Numbered from the stretch's first letter, positions 17,917-27,991 are shown. The stretch is 53,725 nt of DNA from Bacilli bacterium (GCA_017625395.1 JAGALD010000018.1:1-53725), one strand, 5' to 3'. Numbers and translations: made by a program. Notes: generated by a model not told the origin, from the letters alone.

Positions 17917-18288
17917 ATGAAAAAGATAGCAATTTATGAGAGTTATAAAACTGAGAAAGAATATTCACTATTAAATATTGAACAAATTTATAATGTGAAA
18001 AATGGGGAATATCTTTATTATGTTGATGAAATAAAATCAAGATTAGATAAAAATCGTCCTAATTTGGAAAGATTAAAGAAAGATATAGAGTCTGGAAAGA
18101 TAGAGCAAATAATAATTAAAAGTTTGCAACAAATATCAAGGGATACATTTTACAATTTAGATTTTATTTCTTTTGTGGAAGAAAATAATTGTAAAATTAT
18201 TTGTCTTGATGGAAGTGATGTTCATCAATATAAATATATTACTGAAGGAATAATAGAAAGACAGAATAGGGAGGAATTAGAAAGATGA
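17917..18288 (+). CDS. Stand-alone resolvase catalytic-domain homolog, degenerate
   Basis: MKKIAIY, YVDE, RPNLERLKKDIESGKIEQIIIKSLQQISRD; no YxRxS, no DNA-binding domain; ends EELER. Confidence 0.65.
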   Translation: MKKIAIYESYKTEKEYSLLNIEQIYNVKNGEYLYYVDEIKSRLDKNRPNLERLKKDIESGKIEQIIIKSLQQISRDTFYNLDFISFVEENNCKIICLDGSDVHQYKYITEGIIERQNREELER

Positions 18289-18683
18289 ATGAAGAAAGAG
18301 AAATGAAGAATTCTATTAATAAATTTGAATTAGAAGGAAATGTAGGAAATATTAGAGATATTTATACAAATAAAAATGGTAAATCAAGTTTAAGATTTGA
18401 TTTAGGACAAAACAATAATGGAAATACACAATTTGTTCCAATTGTAATTAAAGGTGCTTTAGTTGATACATATGGAAAAGAAATTGAAAAAGGCAACTGG
18501 ATTTCAGTTAAAGGGAGAATTAGTGCGTTTTCAAAAGATGTAGAAAAAGATGGTAAAACATTTAAAGAAAAATCAGTTGAAATATTAGGTTTTGAAATAA
18601 CTGATAGAACAAATAATAAAATATATACTTCTGATGGTCAAATTCAAGATATTTCAAATTCTAAAGATGAAATGGAAAGATAG
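18285..18683 (+). CDS. ssb: Single-stranded DNA-binding protein (OB fold)
   Basis: NKFELEGNV...TQFVPIV...KGNWISVKGRI; ends KDEMER instead of DDDIPF. Confidence 0.75.
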   Translation: MNEEREMKNSINKFELEGNVGNIRDIYTNKNGKSSLRFDLGQNNNGNTQFVPIVIKGALVDTYGKEIEKGNWISVKGRISAFSKDVEKDGKTFKEKSVEILGFEITDRTNNKIYTSDGQIQDISNSKDEMER

Positions 18684-18685
18684 TT

Positions 18686-19093
18686 ATGTCCTATAATGAT
18701 TTGATAGCTGATTATATTATAAAACAGGGTATAGAGTTAACATCAGAATTTAATTACACAATTAGTTTAGATGATTTAGAAAAAGATTTTGACAAAGAAC
18801 TTTTTACTTATGTAAAAAATAATATGGATGATATATTCAATTCAATATCTAGTGATGAAAGAGTAGCAGAAGTAATATTAACTGACAATAGTTTTGATAT
18901 GGTTTATTATTGGAGTTATTGTTTAGATGAAAATGAAAAACTGGTATTAGAAATAGCAAACTCTGAAAATATAGAATTAGAATATGAAGAAGTCGTAGAG
19001 TTAGGTATGAAACTTTGGAATTATGATAAAGATGAACGAGATAAATATGTTTTAGAACAAATAAAAGAAAGGAATGATGAACTTGAAAGATAG
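18686..19093 (+). CDS. Hypothetical acidic protein
   Basis: 135 aa, in operon; ends NDELER. Confidence 0.7.
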   Translation: MSYNDLIADYIIKQGIELTSEFNYTISLDDLEKDFDKELFTYVKNNMDDIFNSISSDERVAEVILTDNSFDMVYYWSYCLDENEKLVLEIANSENIELEYEEVVELGMKLWNYDKDERDKYVLEQIKERNDELER

Positions 19094-19748
19094 TTTAGTA
19101 AAAGGACAAGCATTCATTGGAATGGATGATGAAAAATATTATTTTTTAGGACTAGATTATGATGAACAAATATTATTTACTAATTTAGATTTATGGACTG
19201 ATAAAGAACAAAAATATATGGAAAAAAGTAATTTATTTATTAAAGAAATATTAAATGAAAAGTCTGAATTAATTGAAAATAGTACATGGTATTATCAATC
19301 AAAAAAAGAATTAGAAAGTTCAACAACTGAAGAAAAAATAAAAAGATGTTTAGATATAATTAAAAATTCTAATACATCAGATTTTGAATTACGACCTATA
19401 GATGTAGGTCCATTGGTTCGTGGTCAAGCATATAGTAAAAAAATGAACCAATATTATGAAGTAGTAGGGTTTATCGTTGATAATGATATTTATTTAGATG
19501 GTAAACTTGAAACAAATCAAAAAGGATTCTTTGCTATATATCATTCAAATTGTGATGAAAGTGTTCCGTTAATTTTTGAAAGACATTTTAGTGATAGAGA
19601 TAATGATTTTAATGGTAAACATTTTGTGGCTGGGAACAATGATAGAGTTGATATTCAAGATATAATTTTACCAAAAGAATTGGTAAATAATTCTATGAAT
19701 AGTTTTTTAAAAGATAGAATAGAAAAAAATGTGGATATGTCAAAATAA
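19074..19748 (+). CDS. Hypothetical protein
   Basis: 224 aa; weak internal duplication LVKGQA / LVRGQA. Confidence 0.7.
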   Translation: MMNLKDSLVKGQAFIGMDDEKYYFLGLDYDEQILFTNLDLWTDKEQKYMEKSNLFIKEILNEKSELIENSTWYYQSKKELESSTTEEKIKRCLDIIKNSNTSDFELRPIDVGPLVRGQAYSKKMNQYYEVVGFIVDNDIYLDGKLETNQKGFFAIYHSNCDESVPLIFERHFSDRDNDFNGKHFVAGNNDRVDIQDIILPKELVNNSMNSFLKDRIEKNVDMSK

Positions 19749-19772
19749 ACTGATGTATGTTCTTTGAAACTT

Positions 19773-19871
19773 TGATTAATAACTGCACAAAAAAGCAAAG
19801 TTCATTTATTTCTTTGTTAGGAGCTGTGTAGTTATTAATCATTTTGATTGATAATTACACAGTTCTTTTTT
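19773..19871 (+). promoter_or_regulatory. Attenuator-like element: overlapping antiterminator and terminator
   Basis: Segment B (19821-19841) can pair with A (19773-19789) or with C (19845-19865), which is followed by a T run. Confidence 0.65.
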
Positions 19872-19893
19872 GTTTAAAGAAAGGAAGATGAGA

Positions 19894-20175
19894 ATGAGAA
19901 ATTTATTAAATGTTTTAGCAATTGAACAATTAGAAGGTGGTACTTACACAGTAGATACAGTCTTAAATATAATTAAGCAAATAACTGATTGGGCATTAGC
20001 TATTGGTATATCATTATCAGGTATTGCATTAGTAATATGTTTTATTATGTATGCAGTAGTAGATGTAGATCAAAAACAAAGAGTTAAAACAAGAATAGTC
20101 CAAACCTTTTTAGGTATCTTTGGAATCATTATGGCAATCTCTTTAGTAAATATTATTATTCGTTTATTTACATAG
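19894..20175 (+). CDS. VirB2/TrbC-like pilin
   Basis: Two hydrophobic helices separated by a basic loop; first gene of the T4SS block. Confidence 0.65.
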   Translation: MRNLLNVLAIEQLEGGTYTVDTVLNIIKQITDWALAIGISLSGIALVICFIMYAVVDVDQKQRVKTRIVQTFLGIFGIIMAISLVNIIIRLFT

Positions 20176-20185
20176 GTGATTCGTT

Positions 20186-21580
20186 ATGATGTTAAAGGTA
20201 TTTGATTTATTAAGAAGTTTAGGTTGGTATATTGTTAGTTTTATATATGATTTAATTGATACCTTATTAGCAATAATAAAAAAACTTAATGCTTTTGATA
20301 TAATTAATTCTTTATCAAATAATGATGTTTTTAGAAAATTTTATACTGGTACTATGGCAATTGCAGTTACTTTATTTGCGTTGTTTATTATATGGAAATT
20401 TATAAATAAATTGTTAGATCCTGATGATGAGGTAACATTTAAAACTATATTTACTGAAATTGTAAAATGTGGTTTTTTAATAATGTTATCAACATTTCTA
20501 TTTGTCCAGGTCTCCAATTTCTCAATAACATTATCAAATTACACAGGAAATATATTTGAAAGCAGTACCAATACTTCTATGAGTGATAGTATGCTCACAA
20601 TGTTTATTTCATATAAAAATGAATATAAGAATAGTGATAAGTTTAATGAAACTACAAGCATAAAAGATTTAGTAAAAAATGGTTCTTTTGATAGTGATGA
20701 ATTGTATTTATCAAAATATGTAACAAAAGCAAAAATTATATTTGCTGATGAGAAAGACTATAAATATGACATAAATTGGATTATGTCTATTTTATGTGGT
20801 GGTTTCTTTTTATATAGTTTATTTTTTGCAGGAATAATGTTAGGACGAAGGCAAATTGAATTCTTATTTTTATTTTCAATTGCTCCAATAGTTTTTTCAA
20901 CTAGTGTATGTAATAAGCAAAGACGAGGTGCAGTAATAGAGCAACTTGTTTCTTTGGCATTACAAAGTGCAGTTGTTATGTTAATAGTTAGTTTGACAGT
21001 ACTCGTTATGCAACAAATAAATGAAACTACATTCTTTACAAACTCATTTCAAAATACAACAACAAAGACTTTATTATATTTAGGATGTGCAACATTTATT
21101 TTAACAGGAAGTCAAGTTATAAATAGATTTATTGGTGCTAATGTAAGTGCAGCAAGTGGTCGTGAACAACTTATGTCGTTAATGGGATATGGAAGAATGG
21201 CAGGAGCAGTAGGTGCAATTGGTGGAGCAACTGCAATTGGTGGTGGACTAATAGCAACTGGTGGCGCTATGAAAGTTGGAAAAGGAGTAGCATCATCAGC
21301 ATTATCAAATGTAGGATTAGCAATTGGAAGTTATGGTGCAGTCGATTCAAGTACAGGTGGAACACAAAGTAGAATGCAAAAAATGGCATCAGCATTAGGA
21401 ACTCGAATGTATGCTACTGGTCAAAAAATGTCAAGACGAAGTAATAATGCAAATAATTTTAGTGCAAGTGATGCTTTTATAAATGCAGGAGCAAGTAGTA
21501 TTAATAGTGCAGTAAAAAAAGTAATTCCAAGAGCTAGTTATAATACATCGTATTATAGACGAAGAAATAACATGATGTAG
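20186..21580 (+). CDS. VirB6-like polytopic conjugation membrane protein
   Basis: Multiple TMs; RRQIEFLFLFSIAPI motif; Gly/Ala-rich C-terminus. Confidence 0.75.
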   Translation: MMLKVFDLLRSLGWYIVSFIYDLIDTLLAIIKKLNAFDIINSLSNNDVFRKFYTGTMAIAVTLFALFIIWKFINKLLDPDDEVTFKTIFTEIVKCGFLIMLSTFLFVQVSNFSITLSNYTGNIFESSTNTSMSDSMLTMFISYKNEYKNSDKFNETTSIKDLVKNGSFDSDELYLSKYVTKAKIIFADEKDYKYDINWIMSILCGGFFLYSLFFAGIMLGRRQIEFLFLFSIAPIVFSTSVCNKQRRGAVIEQLVSLALQSAVVMLIVSLTVLVMQQINETTFFTNSFQNTTTKTLLYLGCATFILTGSQVINRFIGANVSAASGREQLMSLMGYGRMAGAVGAIGGATAIGGGLIATGGAMKVGKGVASSALSNVGLAIGSYGAVDSSTGGTQSRMQKMASALGTRMYATGQKMSRRSNNANNFSASDAFINAGASSINSAVKKVIPRASYNTSYYRRRNNMM

Positions 21581-21592
21581 GAGGTGTTTTAA

Positions 21593-21907
21593 ATGTATAT
21601 AACAGTGAAATCAATAAAAAGAAATTTAGGTTTTAAAGGTATTGAAATACCAGATATTATTATAGCTTTACCAATTATTATAATATTTATTGTTTTATTT
21701 GCTTTTACACCATTAAAAATACCAGCATTAATATTTTTGATGATTGGAGTTTTTTGTTTATTGCCAATTAATGTTAGTAAAAAGAATAGAATGTATAAAG
21801 TATTAATATTAATTTTTCAATATATATTTAGAACTAAAATATTTGTTTATCAAAAAGATAACATTAAGAAAGAGAAGGTGATTGAAGTAAATGAAAACAA
21901 AGAGTAA
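21593..21907 (+). CDS. VirB3/PrgI-like small membrane protein
   Basis: Two TMs, overlaps the virB4 start. Confidence 0.6.
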   Translation: MYITVKSIKRNLGFKGIEIPDIIIALPIIIIFIVLFAFTPLKIPALIFLMIGVFCLLPINVSKKNRMYKVLILIFQYIFRTKIFVYQKDNIKKEKVIEVNENKE

Positions 21908-24398
21908 AGAGCAAGTTGATAAGAAAAAAATAAAAGAAACAAAACTCCTTCAAAAATTTATAAAAAGAAAATCTAAAAAAGATAAGCAATATATTACAAA
22001 GAAGGTATTAATAAATAAATTCAAGAATTCTCAAAGTTTTACAAATGCTAAAGATGTAACTAACGAGGGACTATTAAATTTAAGGACTGGAGAAGTTGTT
22101 AGAATATATTCAGTAGATGCAATTGATTTATCACTAACATCTAATACCCAAAAAAATAATTTCTTTGCACAATTAAAATATTTATATCAAATAAAAGGGT
22201 TAAATTTAAGAATGTATAAACTAGATGATAAAATAGATTTGAATGTAAATAAAGATTATTATAAAGAACTAATGAATAAGTTTTCAGATGATGAAAATAA
22301 AATAAATTTTTTAGAAGAAAGATATTCAAGATTAGAAAGATTAGAAAGAGAAAATTTAACAACAACTAGTAGATATTATTTTGTAATCATATGTGATAAT
22401 GATAAAATTTTAGAACATATGACAGAAGAAATAGAAATGCAGTGTTATAATATGACACCGAGACTAAATATCCAAAAAATAACTAACAAATTAGAGATAT
22501 ATCAATTTTTAGTTAATTTATATTTATCTACTGCAAATATTGAGCAATTAATGTGGAGTGATTTAATTGAATTAATAACTCCTTTTTTTGTGCAAGAAAA
22601 TATGGGATATATGGATATTGATAGTGATGAAGTTCAAATAGTTACAATAAAAAAAATACCACCATTTATTGATGAACTATTTTTTGAAGAATTGTTTAAT
22701 GTTCCAGATGCAAGATGTTGTATCCATATTCAAGATACAATTCCAACTGATGAATTAGTTAGAAGATTAGATAGTAATTATGAATTTTTATTATCAGAAA
22801 GAACATCTACTAGAAAATTAAGTGATGCAACTCAAATGGATACCGAGAAAGAAAACTTTCAAGCTTTAATGACACAAATAAAAAATGGAGATGAAAAAAT
22901 AAAAGAAGTTGATTTTATTATTGTTATTAAAGGCACAAAAATTGAAAGAGAAGAAAAAATAAAAGAGTTAAGAAAAATTGCTGATGTATTTCAAATTAAA
23001 CTTGATGTTCCAAGAATGAGGCAATATGAAGGTTGGCAAGCATTTGATATAAACAAAAATGGTTTTGAAGACTATCATCAATATATGCCGACATTAACAT
23101 TAGCATCATCATTTCCATTAACTATTACTTCTTTTAATGATGAAACAGGTTATATGATGGGAACTGACATTCATACTGCTTTACCAATTATATTTGATAT
23201 GTTTCATAAAGATCCAACAAGACCATCATCAAATTTAGCAGTAATTGCTTCAACTGGTGGAGGTAAAAGTTTTACATTAAAGAAAATGATGATTAATGAA
23301 ATAAATCGTGGTAATAAAATTATTTGTTTTGATGCAGAAGGAGAATATAAAAAACTGGTTACACAAAACAAAGGAGAGTACATTGATTTATATTCATCTA
23401 GCGGTGGGATTATAAATCCATTACAAGTAAGATTTTTACCAAGTGATAGAGAAGAAAAAGAAGATGATGCAGTAGAAAAAATTAATTATGATGATTGTCC
23501 ACTAGCAAAGCATTTAGGTTCATTAGAAACATTTATCAAATGTGCTTTTGAAGAAATAAAAGAAAGTGAAGTTGTAGTATTACTTGATATGATTGAAAAA
23601 TTATATAAAAGATTTGGGATAACTAAACATACTAAAATATCTAGTTTAGAAAAATTAGAAAATAGTGATTATCCAATATTTTCGGATTTAATAGACTTCT
23701 TACCCGATTATAGAAATATGATTACTAATCCAGAACAATTAAAAATTGTAGATAAATTAGAAATATTGTTAGACAGATTTAAAGTTGGAACTGATGCAAT
23801 GTTATTTAATGGACACACAACTGTTAATCTTGATTCTAACTTAATCGGATTTAATGTAAAGGATTTATTGTATAGTAAAAACAAAAGAATTATTACAACT
23901 CAATTAGTAAATTTATTGACTTACTTAAATAATATAATTGTTAGTAATAAAATTATTAATGATAAAAAAGGTAATAAAAAAGAAATACAAAATATAGGAA
24001 TTGTTATTGATGAATTTCATTTGTATTTAAAAAATACTGATAGTGAAGTAATTTTAACATTCGAACAAATTGCAAGAAGAATAAGAAAATATCATGGAGC
24101 ATTTATGCCAGCTACTCAAAGCATACATGATTTTATTGGAGATGATGAATCAGTAAGAAGTGCAACTGCAATTTTTAATAATTGTCAGTATCAATTAGTT
24201 GGTATGCTTAAAGAAGATGATTTAACGACATACTTAAAATTATTTTATCAGAATCCACTTACTGATACTCAAAAAGAGTTCTTGATGAAAGCAGTAATGG
24301 GAGAATTTTTACTTACTATTAATTCAAAAAAAAGATTAAGACTAGCAGTAATGGCAACACCAATAGAAGTAGAATTAATGGGAGAGGAAGTTAAATAA
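21891..24398 (+). CDS. virB4: VirB4-family conjugation ATPase
   Basis: Walker A ASTGGGKS, FDAEGEY, INPL, Walker B IVIDEFH, RRIRKY, ATQS. Confidence 0.92.
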   Translation: MKTKSKEQVDKKKIKETKLLQKFIKRKSKKDKQYITKKVLINKFKNSQSFTNAKDVTNEGLLNLRTGEVVRIYSVDAIDLSLTSNTQKNNFFAQLKYLYQIKGLNLRMYKLDDKIDLNVNKDYYKELMNKFSDDENKINFLEERYSRLERLERENLTTTSRYYFVIICDNDKILEHMTEEIEMQCYNMTPRLNIQKITNKLEIYQFLVNLYLSTANIEQLMWSDLIELITPFFVQENMGYMDIDSDEVQIVTIKKIPPFIDELFFEELFNVPDARCCIHIQDTIPTDELVRRLDSNYEFLLSERTSTRKLSDATQMDTEKENFQALMTQIKNGDEKIKEVDFIIVIKGTKIEREEKIKELRKIADVFQIKLDVPRMRQYEGWQAFDINKNGFEDYHQYMPTLTLASSFPLTITSFNDETGYMMGTDIHTALPIIFDMFHKDPTRPSSNLAVIASTGGGKSFTLKKMMINEINRGNKIICFDAEGEYKKLVTQNKGEYIDLYSSSGGIINPLQVRFLPSDREEKEDDAVEKINYDDCPLAKHLGSLETFIKCAFEEIKESEVVVLLDMIEKLYKRFGITKHTKISSLEKLENSDYPIFSDLIDFLPDYRNMITNPEQLKIVDKLEILLDRFKVGTDAMLFNGHTTVNLDSNLIGFNVKDLLYSKNKRIITTQLVNLLTYLNNIIVSNKIINDKKGNKKEIQNIGIVIDEFHLYLKNTDSEVILTFEQIARRIRKYHGAFMPATQSIHDFIGDDESVRSATAIFNNCQYQLVGMLKEDDLTTYLKLFYQNPLTDTQKEFLMKAVMGEFLLTINSKKRLRLAVMATPIEVELMGEEVK

Positions 24399-24583
24399 TG
24401 ACAAAAGTAGTTAGTGATAAAGTTATTAGAAATAAATTTAAGAAAACATATAAAGAAGAATTTGAAGATGCAAATGAATCATTTATGGATTTCTTATTGG
24501 ATTTAATTCCAATAGAAATAATTAAAGAAATATTGTTAAAAGGTAATGACTATTACTATAAAGTATTTAATAAATATAAATAA
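24398..24583 (+). CDS. Small hypothetical protein
   Basis: 61 aa, coupled to both neighbours by TAATG overlaps. Confidence 0.6.
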   Translation: MTKVVSDKVIRNKFKKTYKEEFEDANESFMDFLLDLIPIEIIKEILLKGNDYYYKVFNKYK

Positions 24584-25512
24584 TGAAAAATAAAAAAAAG
24601 AATAATTTAATTCTCAAAATAATAGGTAGTAGTTCAATTTTAACAATAGCATCAATTATGGTTATTCTAATATGTATTCTTATGATATTTGATTTTTTCG
24701 GTGCTGAACTTACAAAAGAAAAAATATCAAATAATGCAGAATATGCAGACTTATATAAACAAGCATCAAATAAATATATAAAAAATGGATATGTTCCATT
24801 ACAAAGATTATTATATTTTTATTTAGAAGATCAAAGTCTAACTTTTGATACACTTTATCAACTAAATCAAAATCCAACTGGAAAAATTGAAAAAGAAATA
24901 TCAGTAGTATGTGAAGATGAGAGAGTAAAAAATATGGGTGCTTGTACTGCATCTAATATAGAAAGTAATAAAGAATATTTGTCTGTGCCGACACCATTAT
25001 TTAATTTTCCATTAAAGACTAGTAGTTATACAATTACTAGTTTTTATAATGAACAAAGAATTATTTATGGAGAACAAAATGTACATAGTGGGTGGGATTT
25101 AGCTACATCAGCCCAAACGCCTTTGTATTCAGTTTGCAATGGCACAGTACACAAAGTAACATATACTCAAAATGAAAATATACCATATGACCAAAGTGGA
25201 AATAAAACAGGAAACATAATAGTTTTAAAGTGTGATCAAGATTATGCAGAAACTTATTATGTAACATATGCTCACTTATATCCTAATAGTGCAAAGGTCA
25301 AAGTTGGAGATTCTGTTAGCCATTGGACTGAGATAGCAAGTGTAGGAACAACTGGTCATAGTACAGGAAATCACTTGCATTATCAAGTAGCTGATGCTAA
25401 TTGGAATTTAATAGATGGTATGCAACTAATAGATTTTAATTCAGTTACTGATTATTCAAATCAACTAGAGTATAAACCACCACAGGAAGCATTACCATTA
25501 CCATATAAATAG
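24583..25512 (+). CDS. M23 peptidase, conjugative cell-wall hydrolase
   Basis: N-terminal TM; HSGWD, YAHL, GTTGHSTGNHLH. Confidence 0.88.
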   Translation: MKNKKKNNLILKIIGSSSILTIASIMVILICILMIFDFFGAELTKEKISNNAEYADLYKQASNKYIKNGYVPLQRLLYFYLEDQSLTFDTLYQLNQNPTGKIEKEISVVCEDERVKNMGACTASNIESNKEYLSVPTPLFNFPLKTSSYTITSFYNEQRIIYGEQNVHSGWDLATSAQTPLYSVCNGTVHKVTYTQNENIPYDQSGNKTGNIIVLKCDQDYAETYYVTYAHLYPNSAKVKVGDSVSHWTEIASVGTTGHSTGNHLHYQVADANWNLIDGMQLIDFNSVTDYSNQLEYKPPQEALPLPYK

Positions 25513-25770
25513 TAAGGTAGCCACTAATAAAAATAAATGTAGTCATAAAAAACATTGATAGATAAAGAAAAAACAACAATGAGTAGCCACTTTTATATTA
25601 TAAAGTGGTCATTTTTGCAAGTGCAAAAATAGTAAGACATCATAAATTTACCCTGTAATTATAAGGGATAAATAAAATTATGGTGTCGTTCTTCTTATGC
25701 CCATTAAAAATATATAGTATTTTTAATTATAAAAAGTACTTATTTTTGATAAAAGTGGCTACCTTGTTAA
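25513..25770. other. Putative oriT region
   Basis: Non-coding, rich in inverted repeats, directly upstream of RHH-RHH-relaxase. Confidence 0.6.
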
Positions 25771-25788
25771 TTTAGAACAGGAGGAAAT

Positions 25789-26004
25789 ATGATTAAAGGT
25801 TTAATGAGAACAACAATACGAATTGATAATAATTTAAAAACAAGAATAGAATTATTAGCAGTAAAAAATAATATGAGTTTTAATAAAATGATTAATTATA
25901 TAATCAGTTTGGGTTATCAAACTTATATAGATAAATTTGATAAGTATTATGAAGAACAAGATAATAATATTAGAAAAGAGGTAAAAAATGAAAACAAAGA
26001 TTAA
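25789..26004 (+). CDS. Ribbon-helix-helix relaxosome accessory protein
   Basis: RTTIRIDNNLKTRIELLA...SFNKMINYII; AGGAGG RBS. Confidence 0.7.
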   Translation: MIKGLMRTTIRIDNNLKTRIELLAVKNNMSFNKMINYIISLGYQTYIDKFDKYYEEQDNNIRKEVKNENKD

Positions 26005-26143
26005 AAAAATTGCACAAGAAATAATAGGAAAAAAAGTTATAAAGGAAGAACCAAAGAAAGATGAAAATAAAAGTGAACCACTTTATTATTTTATAAAAAT
26101 AACTGATGATGAAGTTAAGTTAATTCCATTTAAACTTTTATAA
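25988..26143 (+). CDS. Small hypothetical protein, 51 aa, not in the ORF track
   Basis: GAGGT RBS; MKTKIKKIAQEIIGKK...LIPFKLL fills the gap between the RHH genes. Confidence 0.5.
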   Translation: MKTKIKKIAQEIIGKKVIKEEPKKDENKSEPLYYFIKITDDEVKLIPFKLL

Positions 26144-26149
26144 TAGTTT

Positions 26150-26482
26150 ATGAAAAAGATAACCGTAAGAGTAGATGATTACATTTACGATAGAATTAAA
26201 TTAGTGGCAAAAGAAAATCATATATCTGCCAATAAAGTAATTGGTAATATTTTAAAAAAAGTTGTAGAACAACCAAAAGAGATAAGTTATATAGAGGAAA
26301 TTCATAAGACTTTAATTAATATGGAAAATAAATTAATTAGTATATCAAAAAAACAAAAACTGCATTTTGATATATCATCATATCATTTTGCAAATCAAGG
26401 TTATCTATCAAATGCTGAACCTAGTGAAGATAAATGTTTAAATGAAATATTAAACAAAGATGTAAATAAGTTTAATGAGTAA
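26150..26482 (+). CDS. Second RHH relaxosome accessory protein
   Basis: KKITVRVDDYIYDRIKLVAKENHISANKVI; overlaps the relaxase start. Confidence 0.7.
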   Translation: MKKITVRVDDYIYDRIKLVAKENHISANKVIGNILKKVVEQPKEISYIEEIHKTLINMENKLISISKKQKLHFDISSYHFANQGYLSNAEPSEDKCLNEILNKDVNKFNE

Positions 26483-27842
26483 AAAAAGTCCAAATGTAGT
26501 TTTTGCTTGCAAATATTTATTGTCATTAAATAGTATTGATAATAAGTTTCAATCATTAGGTTATAAAGAAGATAGAACAAAAGATGTAGATGAAATGATT
26601 GATTATTTTTCAAATGTAAAAAAAAATGTAGTTGGTATGTTTGAATATTATATGGGACATACAAGAGGAGAAAATGTTAATCTTGTTTTAGAAAATGGTC
26701 AATATGCAAATAAAAAAGATATAAAAAAAATAAAAGAAGATTATAAAAAATATATTGAGTCATCTAATTTGTGGAAAGGAATAATTAGTTTTAAATCTGA
26801 TTATTTAAACTACAATATTTCAATAAAAGATTTAGAACAAAAGATGGCTAAAGAGATAATGCCACAATTTTTAAAATATTGTGGATTTAAAGATGTAAAA
26901 AAAATGAGTTATGTTTTTTCAGTTCATACAAATAAAAAGCATCCACATATACATTTAGCTTTCATAGAAAAACAACCCAATTATTTATATTGTGATAAGA
27001 AAGTAAATTATAGGAGACAGGGAAAAATAACAAAAGACGAGCAAAGATATTTAAAAAGATTAATCGAGTTATGTATTGAAAGAGAAAAAGTCTTTACTCC
27101 TTTGTTAAAGAGAACTAATGAAGATATTGATTATTTAAAATCATATTTTAATCCTAAAGAAAAAAACTTTATTCTTAAAGATATAAATGAAATAGAAATA
27201 GAAGAAAAAATTTTAAAGTTGGGTTGCAAATTAAAAGAATATAGAGAGTTAAATAATAATACATCATTAAAAATCAAATATAATTCGATTAAAAATAATG
27301 AATTGGGGAATGAAATAAAATCATTAACTAAAGAAATTAAATATTATTTGTTTAAAGATAGTGATTCGATTTTATATGCAAGTCAACATGACATTAATAA
27401 AGATTTAAAAAAAATAAATAGTTATTTTGATGAACTTAATGAAAATAACAACATAGAAGAATTAATACAAAAAAATAATATAGTAGAGAGAAAACAAAAC
27501 TATATTGATAGTTACATTTTTAATTCAATAGTAAATCATTCTTTATATAAATATAATAAAGTATATATGTATGTAAAAAATAAAAATCAATTAGATGTAA
27601 TTACTATTGAAGATTTAATACAAGAACTAGCATATCTAAATAATAATCATAACACAAGTGAAAGTGATAAAGAAAGAAGAAAGAAAGTATTAGATAATTA
27701 TTTTAAAGGAAATAGTAAGTCATCAAAATTTTATGCAAAAACTCAAATGGAAAAAGCATTAAAAAATATTAATTATGAAATGCAAAAATCAGCAGATAAG
27801 TTTAGCGAATTATTTAATTATGATAATAGCATTACAAAATGA
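26475..27842 (+). CDS. mobL: Relaxase, MobL family
   Basis: MIDYF, LWKGIISF, HTNKKHPHIHLAFIEKQP histidine triad. Confidence 0.85.
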   Translation: MSKKSPNVVFACKYLLSLNSIDNKFQSLGYKEDRTKDVDEMIDYFSNVKKNVVGMFEYYMGHTRGENVNLVLENGQYANKKDIKKIKEDYKKYIESSNLWKGIISFKSDYLNYNISIKDLEQKMAKEIMPQFLKYCGFKDVKKMSYVFSVHTNKKHPHIHLAFIEKQPNYLYCDKKVNYRRQGKITKDEQRYLKRLIELCIEREKVFTPLLKRTNEDIDYLKSYFNPKEKNFILKDINEIEIEEKILKLGCKLKEYRELNNNTSLKIKYNSIKNNELGNEIKSLTKEIKYYLFKDSDSILYASQHDINKDLKKINSYFDELNENNNIEELIQKNNIVERKQNYIDSYIFNSIVNHSLYKYNKVYMYVKNKNQLDVITIEDLIQELAYLNNNHNTSESDKERRKKVLDNYFKGNSKSSKFYAKTQMEKALKNINYEMQKSADKFSELFNYDNSITK

Positions 27843-27853
27843 TCGGAGGAAGT

Positions 27854-27991
27854 ATGTTAAAAATATTTATAATAGCAATGATAGTTATATGTTGTTTGTT
27901 TTTATATTCGGCATGTGTAGTATCAGGAAGAATATCTCGTGAGGAGGAACAACAAAGTTATGTTAAAGAAAATAAGAAAAGCATGGATTAA
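27854..27991 (+). CDS. Small membrane protein, 45 aa
   Basis: GGAGG RBS; MLKIFIIAMIVICCLFLYSACVVSGRISREEE. Confidence 0.55.
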   Translation: MLKIFIIAMIVICCLFLYSACVVSGRISREEEQQSYVKENKKSMD

